Both the position numbers and the translations under genes were made by a program. 64,000 nt of DNA from an uncultured Clostridia bacterium (GTDB lineage Bacteria; Bacillota; Clostridia; Oscillospirales; CAG-272). Location: positions 6,782-70,781 of the forward strand of contig CAMJPL010000004.1 in assembly GCA_946407735.1 (NCBI GenBank), given 5' to 3'. The notes under the pieces were generated by a model. The model searched no databases, was not told the DNA's origin, and saw nothing but the letters and a program-made list of their open reading frames with translations. This document shows, in pieces, positions 9,251 to 17,942 of the stretch (positions within the stretch are counted from its first letter, which is position 1; every line of letters starts with the position of its first letter).

Positions 9251-10106
9251 TTTTCAGCACTCTTTCGGCGTTTTTGTGATATATCTTCTCCAGCACCTCA
9301 TCCGGCAGCTCTATCGAGTTCAGAAACTCCTGATGCTGATTGTCGAAATAATCGCGGCCGTAGAGCACCCTGTCCTGATATTCGGTGAGGAATTTCACGG
9401 CGAAATCGGGATCGCGTCTCAGCGCGTTGCAGCCGCTTCCGGCTGACATGTCGCACATAAGGTTCGGATATTTATCGAGATACCGTATCAGAAGCCCGTC
9501 CGGCTCGACCTCTCCCTTCGGATAGGCCTCCTTATATGCCTTCCCGTCGCCGGAGATATGCGCCCAGAAGCCGGGAGCGTGGCCGATGAAGGTCGTTTCG
9601 GGGCAGGCCTCACAGGCGCGTCCGAGCGCCTCTATGCCGCCGCCGTACCAGTAGTTCGGGCGGGGCGAATGCTGTCCGGACGGAAATTCATAGTCGATGT
9701 GCACCAGCACGGCTAGCCCGAGCTCGGCGCATTTTCTGTAGATACGGATCGCGTCGGGATTGTCGAACATCATCCTCAGCTTCATCTCGCCGTAGATCCT
9801 GACGCCATAAGTATTCACAGCCGATATCAGCTTCGGTATCGCGTCCTCGTGACGCGGATCGGGGGCGTAGCCTAGATAAAACCGGTCGGGATATTTCTGC
9901 CATGCGTCGAGGCAGTATTCGAACGGGACCGGATATCCGGTCCTTGAGAGCGGCAGGATCTGCCGGTATGACGTGTCGTATTCATCCTCGGGAGTCTCCC
10001 ACGACAGGAGGACCGTCTTGTCGATACCGTACTTATCCATGTTTTCGACGAATCTTTCCGGCGTCATGTTGTACCACATCGGATGGTTATGTATATCTAT
10101 CTTCAT
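9246..10106 (-). CDS. Amidohydrolase-2 family (TIM-barrel metal-dependent hydrolase) protein
   Basis: MKIDIHNHPMW metal-binding HxH start plus later His/Asp motifs (VLVHIDYEF, FIGHAPGFWAHISGD, RDYFD). I placed the start at ATG 10106, preceded by GAGG, rather than at GTG 10130. Confidence 0.75.
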   Translation of the reverse strand: MKIDIHNHPMWYNMTPERFVENMDKYGIDKTVLLSWETPEDEYDTSYRQILPLSRTGYPVPFEYCLDAWQKYPDRFYLGYAPDPRHEDAIPKLISAVNTYGVRIYGEMKLRMMFDNPDAIRIYRKCAELGLAVLVHIDYEFPSGQHSPRPNYWYGGGIEALGRACEACPETTFIGHAPGFWAHISGDGKAYKEAYPKGEVEPDGLLIRYLDKYPNLMCDMSAGSGCNALRRDPDFAVKFLTEYQDRVLYGRDYFDNQHQEFLNSIELPDEVLEKIYHKNAERVLKI

Positions 10107-10248
10107 TTTCCTCAACCTCTTTTTCACCAATGCTTAAGGAAATTATACGCCATATTCCGCCTTTTGTCAAGTTTTTCCAGAAAATCGCGGAACAAAATCG
10201 ACTCACGGTCGTCTTCTTCACAGAAGACACATAAAAGAGGTGCGAATC

Positions 10249-11469
10249 ATGAACGCGATAACGAAAATCATCTCCATTATTTTAGCCGCCCTGATATCGG
10301 CGGTGTCGCCGGCCGCCGGAGCGGCAGCGCCTTCGGATGACGGAGGTGAGACACATGATACCCACGCTTCGGAAACGGAAAAGGATGAGGAGGAAACGGT
10401 GAAAGAATCTTTAAGCGGCTTCAGCTTCTCGGGGAAGCTCTACGGCTCAATGAGCGAAGACGAAAACTGGTTCATATCCCCTCACTCGATCAAGACCGCC
10501 CTGCTCATGGCGGCGAACGGTGCGTCGGGCGAGACGAGGGAGCAGATCATGAATGTGCTCGCGTCGGACGATCTCGATGAAGAGAACGCCGCCGCGAAGA
10601 GCTTCAATGAAAAGATCGGCTCTCTTTCGGATATAACGCTCGAGAAAGGCGACAGTCTCTGGGTCAACCTCGACAATCCGAACGGGGCGAAATTCTCCGA
10701 CGGCTTCGTAAAGCTGATGAAGGAATGCTACTCCGCCGAGACGGGCGAAGTCACGTCAGAAAACGGAGCCGGAGTTATCAACGGCTGGGTATCCGAAAAG
10801 ACTCACGGCAGGATCACGGATCTGATCGACAAAGCCGACTTCGACACGGCGATAATCGACACGATATACATGAAAGCCGAATGGCAGAACAAGTTCGACG
10901 CGCGCGCCACATTTCCCGAGACCTTCCATAACGCCGACGGAAGCACGACGAATACCGACTTCATGCATAAAACCGCGTATTTTTCCTACGCCGAGCATGA
11001 AGGATGCCGCATCGCCGTACTCCCCTACAAGGGCGGAGCCAGCATGACGCTGATCCTCGGCGAAACAGACATGGATATCTCCGAGCTGATCAAAGGCGCC
11101 GTATACAGCGAGCAGGAGCTTCAGCTGGCTATGCCGAAATTCTCCGGGGACACGACGCTGACGCTTGACGAAACGCTGAAGGCGCTTGGAATGACCGACG
11201 CGTTCGACAAGGACAAAGCCGATTTCGCCTCCATGGTCGACAGAGGCAATATGTATATCTCGACGATACTGCACAAAGCCAATGTGGACGTCGACGAGGA
11301 CGGCACCGAGGCGGCGGCGGTCACCGCGATAATGTACGCCGCCACATCCGCGTTTATCGAGAAGCCGCAGCCGATCCCCTTCGTCTGCGACAGGCCGTTC
11401 ACATACGTGATCTCAGACGACGAGACAGGCGAGATCCTGTTCATGGGAAGATACGCCGACGCAGAATGA
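10249..11469 (+). CDS. Secreted serpin (serine protease inhibitor family I4)
   Basis: Signal peptide MNAITKIISIILAALISAVSPAAGAAA, the hinge GTEAAAVTA, and the serpin C-terminal signature FVCDRPFTYVISDDETGEILFMGRY. RBS AAGAGGTG lies before ATG 10249. Confidence 0.9.
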   Translation: MNAITKIISIILAALISAVSPAAGAAAPSDDGGETHDTHASETEKDEEETVKESLSGFSFSGKLYGSMSEDENWFISPHSIKTALLMAANGASGETREQIMNVLASDDLDEENAAAKSFNEKIGSLSDITLEKGDSLWVNLDNPNGAKFSDGFVKLMKECYSAETGEVTSENGAGVINGWVSEKTHGRITDLIDKADFDTAIIDTIYMKAEWQNKFDARATFPETFHNADGSTTNTDFMHKTAYFSYAEHEGCRIAVLPYKGGASMTLILGETDMDISELIKGAVYSEQELQLAMPKFSGDTTLTLDETLKALGMTDAFDKDKADFASMVDRGNMYISTILHKANVDVDEDGTEAAAVTAIMYAATSAFIEKPQPIPFVCDRPFTYVISDDETGEILFMGRYADAE

Positions 11470-11486
11470 CAAAGACAGCCCATAAG

Positions 11487-11511
11487 AAAAAGCCGCTTCA
11501 TGCGGCTTTTT
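11487..11511. terminator. Bidirectional intrinsic terminator between the serpin gene and the convergent 772-aa gene
   Basis: aaaaagccgc / gcggcttttt 10-bp stem with a 5-nt loop; A-run and T-run flanks. Confidence 0.75.
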
Positions 11512-11531
11512 CTGTATTTCATTCTCTTATT

Positions 11532-13850
11532 TCACCCGGCGTATGACAGCGCGTACGGTGACGTCGGGTCGAACAGGCTGATATTCACGGCTTCGCCCTG
11601 ATACACCCGGTATATATTGTCGGTATATTTGCCTATGTAATACTGCCATGTGTTTTCCCATGGGAAATTGATCACATAGAAGGTATCATTTTCCATGCTC
11701 ACACCGCATGTCGTTATCCTGTATTTCAGATATTCCTTTTCATCATACGGATCCGGCTTGTCATATAGAGGCTCGAATCCGCCGTATATATTGTCGTATG
11801 CCATTATCATCTGTTCACGGAAGAATTCCTCGGCCTGATCGGCCGTTCTTATCGGCGTTTCACCGACGACTGATATCATGACCTGCCTGATCCCTGGCAC
11901 AAGATAATTCTTGCTCATATACAGGTCCCAATACTGAACGTCTATGTCGAGACCGGTCCTGACATTATGATGAAGTATCCTGCCGCCGGTATCGAACGAC
12001 GAGAAGTCCTCCCCGCCTTCGTCGCTGAATAAATACGACACTATTGTTTCCGGCAGAAATACCTTTCCGTCGCTGACCTTCGCAGAAAGATCTTTGACAA
12101 GCGCTTCGTTTATGAATATCGGCACTTCATCGTCATCATATGTCATGATGACGGGATCGTCCGTAGAACCGCCGAAGTATTGGATTTCATTCCTGCCGCC
12201 GGATGCTGTTGAAGGTACAATATTGATATTCTTCATCGGGATGAACTCGATGATGTATTCCTCGGGGGCATCGGCTGCGTTCTGTATATCACCGTACTTG
12301 TCCACATAAGCGTGATCGCCGCCGCCTGAGCAGGGAACGCGCACGTCTTTCACGGCGTACTGCATGCATACGCTGCAGTTGGACTCGTAGCGGAATATAT
12401 GCTCGCCGCTTTCATCGCTGTGACTCTCATCTCCGCTGTATATCCAATAAATGAAACTGTGAGGCTCTATTATATACTCGATCTCCTCGTCCCAGCGCGC
12501 TGCACCGCAATTGCCGCATACATATTCGCGCCGATAGGCCTTTATGTGCCATCCGTCGGGAGATTCGACGACCGCGCTGCATCCGGCGTCCGGATGATCG
12601 GGATCAAACGCCCTGAAATCATGCTCGGCACAAGGCGCGGTGTTCCCGTAGAGCTCCGATCCCGTCCTCTGTTTATACGCTTTTTTGTACTTCTCCGTCA
12701 GATAATCATCCGTCAGATACCGGGCAAGTCTCTCTTTCGCTTCGGATATCGTTTCCTCGCTCAGAGGCTCTGGCGTCCCGGTATATTCATAAATATCATA
12801 CTCCGAACGATAAATCGACGTTTTATACCGCTCGTACATCTCAAGGCGCTCGTCGGATTCGATCTCCTGAACCGCTCTGTTATCTGTTATCAGCTGATCT
12901 TCGCGCTGTATGCGGATATTCATGTCCATTCCCGTATTTCCTGTCACCAGACTGTAGATTATCCCGGTTCTCTTTGACAGGCATAAATCACGCATAAAGT
13001 AGAAGAAACAGAAATTATCGTTCTCACCGACTGTATCGCAGTCTGTGATATAATGTCTGAGATAATCCGTATATTCCGGAGCTTCCGGCAGATTATCCAG
13101 GAGCTCAAACTCCCCGTAACTGCTTTCATATGCCTTTATCAGTGCATCCCTGTAAAGATTCACGGCTTCGGTCTTTTCCATTTTGCCGCCGCTGTCCGTC
13201 ATGCTTATGACTACATGCTTTCCGCCGGGAATCATTCCCATATTTCCCTGATCGTTTCCGTCGCTGACGTATATCGATACCACAGACCCGTCTTCCGAAT
13301 CCGATGCTGTGAAATATTCTCCATATTCAAACGGATGATTTGTATATGCATCGTTTTCTCCGAAAATCTCGTCCGCGACCTTTACCGGCAGATAGACCTT
13401 CCCGTCGCTTTCATACGCGTAACAGTCTTTTATCAGTCCGTCGTTATAAAATATCGGAAGCTCGTTTTCTTTATACGTTCCTATCGGATCCGGGTCATCG
13501 CCTGATATGCGGATCTCTCCCACAAACGGGGATATAGTCAGACCGTCCAGAGATATCACCTCGAAATCCGCCGGTGAGACGTCTCCCGAAAGCGAGGGTG
13601 AATTATCGGCAACCAGAGTTCCGGGTGTCCCGGCCGGCTGTATGGGATCAGGAACCCGATTCACCGCTTTCTGGAGCAGAAACACGGCCGATACAACGAC
13701 AGCGACAGCCGCCGCTCCGACCGCGGCCGTCCTCAGTTTCTTAAGCGCGGAAAGCGCTTTCTCCCGCCTTTCGTCCCGCAAAACGATCTCTCTCGCGGCG
13801 GCGCGGAGGTTCGCTTCAAATATTTTATCTATCTTATTGCTTTCTTCCAT
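11532..13850 (-). CDS. Large single-pass membrane protein co-transcribed with an ECF-type sigma factor (possible anti-sigma/sensor): two homologous extracytoplasmic modules flanking a Cys-rich core
   Basis: The start overlaps the sigma-factor stop by 17 nt. One TM helix (AAVGAAAVAVVVSAVFLL, about aa 42-60). Internal duplication, e.g. ENELPIFYNDGLIKDCYAYESDGKVYLPVKVADEIFG versus DDEVPIFINEALVKDLSAKVSDGKVFLPETIVSYLF. I recognise no family for the bulk of the protein. Confidence 0.6.
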   Translation of the reverse strand: MEESNKIDKIFEANLRAAAREIVLRDERREKALSALKKLRTAAVGAAAVAVVVSAVFLLQKAVNRVPDPIQPAGTPGTLVADNSPSLSGDVSPADFEVISLDGLTISPFVGEIRISGDDPDPIGTYKENELPIFYNDGLIKDCYAYESDGKVYLPVKVADEIFGENDAYTNHPFEYGEYFTASDSEDGSVVSIYVSDGNDQGNMGMIPGGKHVVISMTDSGGKMEKTEAVNLYRDALIKAYESSYGEFELLDNLPEAPEYTDYLRHYITDCDTVGENDNFCFFYFMRDLCLSKRTGIIYSLVTGNTGMDMNIRIQREDQLITDNRAVQEIESDERLEMYERYKTSIYRSEYDIYEYTGTPEPLSEETISEAKERLARYLTDDYLTEKYKKAYKQRTGSELYGNTAPCAEHDFRAFDPDHPDAGCSAVVESPDGWHIKAYRREYVCGNCGAARWDEEIEYIIEPHSFIYWIYSGDESHSDESGEHIFRYESNCSVCMQYAVKDVRVPCSGGGDHAYVDKYGDIQNAADAPEEYIIEFIPMKNINIVPSTASGGRNEIQYFGGSTDDPVIMTYDDDEVPIFINEALVKDLSAKVSDGKVFLPETIVSYLFSDEGGEDFSSFDTGGRILHHNVRTGLDIDVQYWDLYMSKNYLVPGIRQVMISVVGETPIRTADQAEEFFREQMIMAYDNIYGGFEPLYDKPDPYDEKEYLKYRITTCGVSMENDTFYVINFPWENTWQYYIGKYTDNIYRVYQGEAVNISLFDPTSPYALSYAG

Positions 13851-14427
13851 AATTATCCTCTATCTTCCTTCTCAGCTCGGAAAGAGTGTTCTGCAGCATC
13901 CGTCTGAGCGTAGAGTGGTTCATGTCAAGCTCGGCGGCAATATCCGCCGTTTTCATCTCCCGTCCGTACCTCATCAGTATCGCTTTGCGCTTTTTCGGCT
14001 CAAGCCGGTCTATCTCACGCATCAGCGTCCTGACAAGCTCCCTGTCGATCAGATCTTTCTCGATATCCTCTCCGCTGTCGATGGAATCGATAAGATCAGC
14101 GGCGCCGCCGTCATCTCCAGCGTCTGCGAGATCGCTGAAGCTGACGGTATTCCTCGATCTCAGCTTCCTCTCGTTTTCGGCGATTATCGATCCTGCGTAT
14201 CTGTAAAGCAGCTTCAGACGATCTTCATCCGGAACGGCGGCGAACTCAGATATATGACCGGCAAGGCGAACAAAAACGTCGGAGACGTAATCCTCGGCTT
14301 TATATCTGTCGAAGACCCGGCGTCTGATATATTTCAGTATCGCTTTATGATGATTTCTGTAGATCTCATCGAAGACGGCCCTTTCCGCGTCGGTGAGTGC
14401 CGCCGCGGCTTCCGATTTATCGGCCAT
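13834..14427 (-). CDS. RNA polymerase sigma factor, sigma-70 family (ECF-like, regions 2 and 4)
   Basis: Region 2-like FDEIYRNHHKAILKYIRRRV...EDYVSDVFVRL and region 4 HTH KTADIAAELDMNHSTLRRMLQNTLSELRRKI. I placed the start at ATG 14427, preceded by AGGAGG. Confidence 0.85.
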   Translation of the reverse strand: MADKSEAAAALTDAERAVFDEIYRNHHKAILKYIRRRVFDRYKAEDYVSDVFVRLAGHISEFAAVPDEDRLKLLYRYAGSIIAENERKLRSRNTVSFSDLADAGDDGGAADLIDSIDSGEDIEKDLIDRELVRTLMREIDRLEPKKRKAILMRYGREMKTADIAAELDMNHSTLRRMLQNTLSELRRKIEDNYGRKQ

Positions 14428-14635
14428 CTGTTTTCCTCCTGTGATTATACGATTCAAGGGATCCCTTCATAACAGTATAAGCGATGAGATGCTGTTTTGT
14501 TCACATGAAAATGAAAATTCTCGTCCGGAAAGACAAAAATCCTTGTAAAAGAATTATGAACGGCAAACAATGTATAATAAATCGGGAAAAACCGCATCGG
14601 AACCGGCAATATATCAAAAATTTACCCGATACGTA

Positions 14636-14664
14636 TTGAAATTGTATATTGAATGTAGTATAAT
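14636..14664 (+). promoter_or_regulatory. Sigma-70-type promoter for ilvE
   Basis: TTGAAA (14636-14641), 17-nt spacer, TATAAT (14659-14664). Confidence 0.6.
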
Positions 14665-14701
14665 GTAACAGAATATATTTTCATATATCGGAGGCTTCAA
14701 A

Positions 14702-15769
14702 ATGCTCGACATCAAAATCACACTCACACAGAACAAGAAGGAAAAGCCGGATCAGTCCAAACTCGGCTTCGGGCGCTATTTCACCGACCACATGTTCGTG
14801 ATGAACTACTCCGACGGCGCGTGGCGCGACCCGCGCATCGAGCCCTTCCACGATCTCGTTCTTTCCCCCGCCGCGATGGTCTTCCACTACGCGCAGGAGA
14901 TGTTCGAGGGCATGAAGGCCTACCGCGCTCCCGACGGCACCATCCGTCTCTTCCGCCCCGACATGAACGCCAAGCGTCTCAACCGCACCAACGACCGCAT
15001 GATCATCCCGCAGATCCCGGTCGAGGACTTCATTCAGGCGGTAAAGACCCTCGTTAAGGTGGAAGAGGACTGGATCCCGACGGCTGAGGGCACCTCGCTC
15101 TACATCCGTCCCTTCATCATCGCGACCGACGCTCAGCTCGGCGTGCATCCGGCTCACAACTACAGCTTCATAATCATCTGCTCCCCGGTCGGCGCCTACT
15201 ACGCCGCCGGCATAAATCCGGTCAAGATCTTCGTCGAGCGTCAGTACACCCGCGCCGTCAAGGGCGGCACCGGCTTCGCCAAAGTGGGCGGCAACTACGC
15301 GGCTTCCCTTATCGGCCAGAAGGAGGCCGAGGACATGGGCTACGCTCAGGTTCTCTGGCTTGACGGCATAGAGCACAAGTACATCGACGAGGTCGGCGCC
15401 ATGAACGTCTTCTTCGTCATCGACGGCGAGGTCATCACCCCGACGCTCGAGGACGGCAACATCCTGCCCGGCGTCACCCGCGACTCCTGCATCCAGCTGC
15501 TCAGGAGCTGGGGCTGCAAGGTGACCGAACGCAAGCTGGCGATCTCCGAGATCGCCGAGGCGAACGCAGCCGGCAAGCTGGACGAGGCCTTCGGCTCCGG
15601 CACCGCCGCCGTCATCTCCCCGATCGGCGAGCTGAATCTCGACGGCAACAAGATGATTCTCAACGGCGGCAAGATCGGCCCGATCAGCCAGAAGCTCTAT
15701 GACGAGCTGACCGCCATCCAGTGGGGCAAAAAGGAAGGCCCCGAAGGCTGGAGCGTAGTGGTAGACTGA
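14702..15769 (+). CDS. ilvE: Branched-chain amino acid aminotransferase
   Basis: Full-length class IV aminotransferase pattern (FGRYFTDHMF, EGMKAYR, GGTGFAKVGGNYAASL, GVTRDS). RBS GGAGG. Confidence 0.93.
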   Translation: MLDIKITLTQNKKEKPDQSKLGFGRYFTDHMFVMNYSDGAWRDPRIEPFHDLVLSPAAMVFHYAQEMFEGMKAYRAPDGTIRLFRPDMNAKRLNRTNDRMIIPQIPVEDFIQAVKTLVKVEEDWIPTAEGTSLYIRPFIIATDAQLGVHPAHNYSFIIICSPVGAYYAAGINPVKIFVERQYTRAVKGGTGFAKVGGNYAASLIGQKEAEDMGYAQVLWLDGIEHKYIDEVGAMNVFFVIDGEVITPTLEDGNILPGVTRDSCIQLLRSWGCKVTERKLAISEIAEANAAGKLDEAFGSGTAAVISPIGELNLDGNKMILNGGKIGPISQKLYDELTAIQWGKKEGPEGWSVVVD

Positions 15770-15784
15770 AAACGATTAAATAAA

Positions 15785-15865
15785 GCAGGGAGGGGAAGAA
15801 CCCTTTCTGAAGAAAGGGTTCTTCCCCTCCCTGCACCCACCCTATTTCCCAAAGACTTTTACTAC
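15785..15865 (+). repeat. Intergenic repeat family, copy 2 (hairpin + conserved tail)
   Basis: Perfect 23-bp stem gcagggaggggaagaaccctttc / gaaagggttcttcccctccctgc with loop tgaa, then acccaccctatttcccaaagacttttactac. It starts 15 nt after the ilvE stop. Confidence 0.8.
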
Positions 15866-15893
15866 AGTTATTAATCTTTATCGACATCACTAA

Positions 15894-16814
15894 ATGCTTC
15901 ACACCGTTACCGCGGAGGAAAACGGGCTGACGATAAAGGAGTATCTCCGCCGTCTCGGCGCGTCCCGCCGGATAGTCAACCGCATGAAGCAGTCGGAGAG
16001 CGGCATCCTGCTGAACGGCGCTCATGTGACGGTCAGAGCCGCGCTCAGGGAGGGAGACATCCTTTCTCTCGCGCTTGAGGACGACAGACCGCCGGAGCCT
16101 GAGACAGCCGTCGGGATTCCGATAATCCGCGCCGATTTTTCATCCTCCGGCGTCAGGATAATATACGAGGACGGCGAGCTTATCGCCTTCTCGAAACCGG
16201 CGGGCATGCCTACGCACATCTCGCACGGACATCTCGGAGACAGCCTTCTGAACGCCGCCGCCGGCCTTTTTTATGAAAGGGGCGAGCCGTTCGTCTTCCG
16301 CCCGGTGAACCGTCTCGATCTTGACACGAGCGGCATCGTGCTGACAGCGAAGGATCAGCTCACCGCATACAGGATGTCAAAGCGTCTGCAGGCGGGAGAG
16401 GTGAAAAAGCGCTACCGCGCCGTTCTGAGCGGCGCAATAGATCCGCCGTCGGGACGCATCGAATCGTATATCAGGCGGCGCGAAGCGAGCATCATCGAGC
16501 GCGTGTCGGCGGATTCCGGCATCGAGAGTGAATATTCCGTCACAGAATACGACACGGTATGGACATCAGCTGACGGCGGCCGCTGCGCCGTCGACTGCTC
16601 GCCGCTCACGGGACGGACGCATCAGCTCAGGGTGCATTTCATGTCGAAAGGGCATCCTATCGTCGGCGACACCCTTTACGGTAAGCCGTCGGACGAGATT
16701 CCGCGTCAGGCGCTCCACGCCTTCGAGCTTTCATTCCCGCACCCGTCGACCGGAGAATACATCACCATCACAGACGAGATACCCGAAGAGATCACAAAGC
16801 TGTGCAGAAACTGA
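15894..16814 (+). CDS. RluA-family pseudouridine synthase
   Basis: S4-like N-terminus, the catalytic motif region RPVNRLDLDTSGIVLTAK, and the C-terminal GRTHQLRVHF motif. Confidence 0.9.
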   Translation: MLHTVTAEENGLTIKEYLRRLGASRRIVNRMKQSESGILLNGAHVTVRAALREGDILSLALEDDRPPEPETAVGIPIIRADFSSSGVRIIYEDGELIAFSKPAGMPTHISHGHLGDSLLNAAAGLFYERGEPFVFRPVNRLDLDTSGIVLTAKDQLTAYRMSKRLQAGEVKKRYRAVLSGAIDPPSGRIESYIRRREASIIERVSADSGIESEYSVTEYDTVWTSADGGRCAVDCSPLTGRTHQLRVHFMSKGHPIVGDTLYGKPSDEIPRQALHAFELSFPHPSTGEYITITDEIPEEITKLCRN

Positions 16815-17932
16815 ACGACACCGCAAAAAAACGCCGCCGCATCTTTGATTTCATGACTCCGGCGGCGCTGGTGATATTCATACTCGATATCATCGGCATA
16901 CCGATACATATCCTGTCCTACGCCAGCCGGGACTTCGCGAATGTATGGAACGTGACCGTCTGCGCCTTTCTGCGGCGGCTGGTGGCGACGCTCACCAACT
17001 GGATACCCTTTTCGCTGGGCGAGATGATCATCATCATACTCATCCCGGCGCTTATAGCTTTTCTCACTGCCGTCATCGTAATGACGGCGAGAGGCAGCAG
17101 AAATGTCTGGCGGCTGATAACGTCGGTGCTCGCCTGCGCGGGATATTTTTACTTTCTGTTCTCGGTGGGATATGTCGCCGGATACAACACTTCGACCGTC
17201 GACGTAAAGCTCGGCATGACGCGCGACAAATGCACCGCCGAAGAGCTGTACAAAACCGCCGTTCTGCTGCGTGACAGGACGGGCGAATATCTCGACTCAG
17301 TCGAATTCGGCGATGACGGATTCAGCGTCATGCCATTTTCCCACAAAGAGATGAACGATCTTTTGATCGAAGCCTACGAAAGAGCGTCCGGAAAATATGA
17401 TTTCATACCCACCTTTTACTCGAGGGTAAAGGATATCATGCTCTCCGAGCCGATGACCTACACTCATCTCTCCGGCGTCTACACGCTGTACACCGGCGAG
17501 GCGAACATAAACGTCAATTTCCCGGATTACACCCTTCCCTTCACCGCCTGTCACGAGCTGAGCCATCAGCGCGGGATCAACCGCGAGGACGAGGCCAATT
17601 TCATGGCCTTCATCGTCTCGATAGAGAGCGATGATCCGTACATACTTTACTCTGCCTATCAGAACATGTTCGAGTATGTGATGAACGCCCTGTACTCGGC
17701 CGACAAGGATCTCTACTCCGAGGTTTTCAGGGAGATAGATCCGAGGGTCGTGAACGAGATGGTCGCCTATAACAAATTCTACGAGAAATACCGCGAAAAC
17801 AAAGCCGCGAAGGTCACAAACACGATAAACGACAGCTACATAAAGGCGAGCGGCCAGGAGGCCGGATCAAAGAGCTATGGTCTTGTGGTCGATCTCTGTG
17901 TGGCTTATTACCGCGACGCGATTACCGACTGA
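16802..17932 (+). CDS. DUF3810-family membrane protein (putative zinc-metallopeptidase-like)
   Basis: N-terminal TM helices and the conserved YTGEANINVNFPDYTLPFTACHELSHQRGINREDEANFMAFI block characteristic of DUF3810. The GTG start overlaps the pseudouridine synthase stop. An alternative ATG exists at 16853. Confidence 0.7.
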   Translation: MQKLNDTAKKRRRIFDFMTPAALVIFILDIIGIPIHILSYASRDFANVWNVTVCAFLRRLVATLTNWIPFSLGEMIIIILIPALIAFLTAVIVMTARGSRNVWRLITSVLACAGYFYFLFSVGYVAGYNTSTVDVKLGMTRDKCTAEELYKTAVLLRDRTGEYLDSVEFGDDGFSVMPFSHKEMNDLLIEAYERASGKYDFIPTFYSRVKDIMLSEPMTYTHLSGVYTLYTGEANINVNFPDYTLPFTACHELSHQRGINREDEANFMAFIVSIESDDPYILYSAYQNMFEYVMNALYSADKDLYSEVFREIDPRVVNEMVAYNKFYEKYRENKAAKVTNTINDSYIKASGQEAGSKSYGLVVDLCVAYYRDAITD

Positions 17933-17942
17933 GGAGGCAGAA

